Assembly: GCF_963853765.1 (NCBI RefSeq)
Contig: NC_088855.1
Span: 37,634,001 to 37,698,000 of the forward strand
Length of the DNA stretch: 64,000 bases
From: Magallana gigas
Taxonomy: Eukaryota
Direction: 5' to 3'
Every line of letters starts with the position of its first letter. The first letter of the stretch is position 1. The notes under the pieces were generated by a model, which ran no database searches, was not told the DNA's origin, and saw nothing but the letters and a program-made list of their open reading frames with translations. Shown here piece after piece: positions 62,501 to 64,000 of the stretch. The position numbers were made by a program, and so were the translations under genes.

Positions 62501-63708
62501 TTTGTTTATTTAGTTTGACGACATTAAATGTGCATCGAGATAATTAACTTACAACTTGTTATTTATCATCATGCAAAGCTGACATCATTACAATTCCTGA
62601 CATTGTGGCAAAGCTAGAGAACATGACTATCGAAGCTATCTAATTAATGCCCTGTTAATTGTCAACAGGTATATATATCCCACTTTTGCTAGTGTAAACA
62701 ACAGTGTTCACCCTTCACCGCTCCATTGAACGCAGATTGCCATTATTATTGCCGCTCCAACATGTACAATGATCATAAAATTTTCAATGTATAAAATTCC
62801 ATTTCAGTCTCAATTTAACAAAAATTCATTTTTTGGCGAAATTATTGGGACAGCGACTGCCGCCCCTGTTCGGCAGCCCTCAGAAATATACTGGAGTAAG
62901 AAGGGTCTAATTTTAATAAGATTGCCATGATAATAATGTTGATGTACAGCAATATACATGTTAACCTTATATAGGGACTTATAGACTAATTTCATAAACC
63001 ACTCTAAAGAGTATATATAAGCTTACTGATATCGTGTAACAATAATTGTACTTAGTCTTACCTTTAGATTTCTCTGCTAGCTCTAGCTGGAATTGCTTCC
63101 TCTGATCTCCAGTTATGTTCTTGCACTTTTTAAGCAGCATGTTTGCGGGACCAGCTTCGATGACCCATAATCGGGTTACCTCTGACTTAAAAAACCAACC
63201 TGTAGATATCTCGTCACATCCAATGACATCATCTAACTGGAAGCTAGCTAAAATCGATAACCATTTTATTGATATCAATGAAATATAATGGATTGGGCTT
63301 TATACATATTCATACCCAAGATTTATTAGCCTTTATTATTAACCAATACTGCTCACCATACACCTCACCCTGTTTATCATCTTTTAAACCATCTCCGCTA
63401 TATAGCCAAGGGTTTACGATCCTCTATAAGCAGAGTGGATCCTAAACGTTGGCTAGCGTAGATGTTTTTAAACATACCATCGCCATCCAAAGTGAATCAA
63501 ATTACATTATGAATTTCGTTCAGCAACGAAAAATGTTATGAGTTATCAAATCAGGATAATTAACCCCTTGTACGATATATAATAATTATCCATAAATGCA
63601 CTTTTAGAAGCACCTACTTTCTGGTTTGCCTTCAGGCGCGAGCGTCAATTTTCCTCCGTCTATTGTCACCTTTGTTTGAACACCATTTACAACCAAGTTA
63701 TAAACCAT
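56525..63708 (-). CDS. CERK: Ceramide kinase-like lipid kinase (DAGK/SPHK/CERK family), 12 coding exons, 469 aa
   Basis: Hand-spliced GT-AG exons in consistent phase (1410 nt). Motifs RPKQVLLMINPIGGNG, LLGGDGSYHEVVN, IPTGSGNG, YGFMTDLLYYSDRKFRWLGRSRY and QLDGE. The symbol is a family-level assignment; orthology is not established. Confidence 0.85.
56878..57053. mobile_element. Degenerate MITE in the last CERK-like intron
   Basis: Left end CAGTCAAACTTCGTTATCTTAAAC and right end GTTCGAGATATCAATGTTCAAC are degenerate inverted repeats (15 of 22 positions); internal copies of the same TTCGAGATA-like motif. Confidence 0.55.
57414..57574 (-). CDS. CERK-like coding exon 11 (DILNTEMEVV...IQLDGEMYSLETPSFQL)
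   Basis: Contains the C-terminal DGE motif. Confidence 0.88.
57794..57987 (-). CDS. CERK-like coding exon 10 (VFNRTLWN...FKFFKHVSKRTPA)
   Basis: Phase-consistent with exons 9 and 11. Confidence 0.8.
58250..58344 (-). CDS. CERK-like coding exon 9 (VSERRNSDTNETEVYVGERKLTGYSSYTADT)
   Basis: ttttag acceptor, gtaaga donor. Confidence 0.82.
58465..58540 (-). CDS. CERK-like coding exon 8 (VPMWMFLCKSLTQRVFNANVTYYT)
   Basis: ttttaag acceptor, gtaagt donor. Confidence 0.82.
58645..58737. repeat. ~47-bp tandem duplication in an intron
   Basis: CAACAAATTCATTAAATTTTTTT(T)ATACAAATCCACT(T/A)AAAAATACA present twice. Confidence 0.9.
59502..59651 (-). CDS. CERK-like coding exon 7 (KTISSHLL...YGFMTDLLYYSDRKFRWLGRSRYL)
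   Basis: Lipid-binding C4 motif; phases consistent. Confidence 0.88.
59920..59994 (-). CDS. CERK-like coding exon 6 (SGNGVSENNTGSKDVLTAALHVVKG)
   Basis: GSGN motif; TAALH matches the CERK TSALH segment. Confidence 0.88.
60454..60599 (-). CDS. CERK-like coding exon 5 (VVLLGGDGSYHEVVN...AMIPTG)
   Basis: Contains the GGDG ATP-binding motif. Confidence 0.92.
60825..61411. mobile_element. Non-autonomous TIR element (~587 bp) in a CERK-like intron
   Basis: Imperfect ~45-bp TIRs, AAAGGACTATGTGCGGT... and ...ACCACACTTAGTCCTTT. Internal inverted repeat GAGCGCAGG..CTCAAGTGC / GCACTTGAG..CCTGCGCTC, and three TGACGTCA palindromes. Confidence 0.7.
61748..61811 (-). CDS. CERK-like coding exon 4 (SERSKHMVDVAKLYDFTNTDG)
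   Basis: ttttag acceptor, gtaatt donor, phases consistent. Confidence 0.88.
61893..62021 (-). CDS. CERK-like coding exon 3 (TKRPKQVLLMINPIGGNG...)
   Basis: Start of the DAGK catalytic domain; tttgcag acceptor, gttagt donor. Confidence 0.9.
63062..63247 (-). CDS. CERK-like coding exon 2 (PH-like region, SFQLDDVIGCDE...LAEKSK)
   Basis: ttttag acceptor, gtaaga donor, phases consistent with neighbours. Confidence 0.75.
63390..63464. repeat. Imperfect palindrome (hairpin-like, possibly a MITE relic)
   Basis: CATCTCCGCTA..TAGCCAAGGGTTTACGATCC pairs with GGATCCTAAACGTTGGCTAGCGTAGATG. Confidence 0.6.
63618..63708 (-). CDS. CERK-like coding exon 1 (MVYNLVVNGVQTKVTIDGGKLTLAPEGKPE)
   Basis: ATG at 63708. 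An acceptor at 63715-63716 means further upstream sequence is possible. The phase-1 donor matches the next exon. Confidence 0.7.
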
Positions 63709-63791
63709 CCTCGCCTGCAATTTTGATGCATAAATTGAAAATGAAACTATGGAGAAATGCTCGTAACAGAATTATTTACTATTTCTTCTTG

Positions 63792-63904
63792 TTAAGGTAG
63801 TCCATCCTTAACTATCATGTTTCATAACCAATAGATTGAAATTTTGATCACATAAATCTTATTGTGATTTTAAATTCGCCTTAGTTATGGATGGACTACC
63901 TTAA
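63792..63904. mobile_element. 105-bp MITE with TTAA target-site duplication (Kolobok-like termini)
   Basis: TTAA-GGTAGTCCATCCTTAACTA at the left and TAGTTATGGATGGACTACC-TTAA at the right (one mismatch). Confidence 0.8.
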
Positions 63905-64000
63905 AGCGGATACCAAATTAATGGTTTTCTCTTCTTTTAACTATTTTTGACATCTCCTTTGCAAAAAGGCCTAAAAACCGCAGGCACCTGACGTTATAAT

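Noticed and set aside
62317-62880. Possible degenerate TIR element (AGAGGCATCGG ... GTTCGGCAGCCCT)
   Set aside because: The terminal match is too weak to call without a repeat library.

Overview
Eukaryotic, AT-rich, spliceosomal-intron-containing animal DNA; probably a bivalve mollusc such as an oyster (inferred from the H1 type, histone 3' signals and TIR elements, not confirmed). Bases 1-~54,990 are the right-hand end of a tandem array of replication-dependent histone gene quintets, ordered H2B(-), H2A(+), H1(+), H3(+), H4(+). There are five near-identical ~8.63-kb units, one 7.76-kb unit with a spacer deletion, and a truncated seventh unit (H2B, H2A, H1 only). A diverged spacer remnant follows at ~55.2-55.5 kb. 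All histone genes are intronless and end in a stem-loop plus a conserved downstream element. Unit 4 H1 has a +2 frameshift that turns its Lys-rich tail into an Arg-rich, protamine-like tail, and unit 6 H2A lacks one N-terminal Gly. From 56,525 to 63,708 on the minus strand I assembled by hand a phase-consistent 12-exon, 469-codon ceramide-kinase-like (DAGK-family lipid kinase) gene, with several small TIR elements in its introns. I recognised no rRNA, tRNA or CRISPR features.
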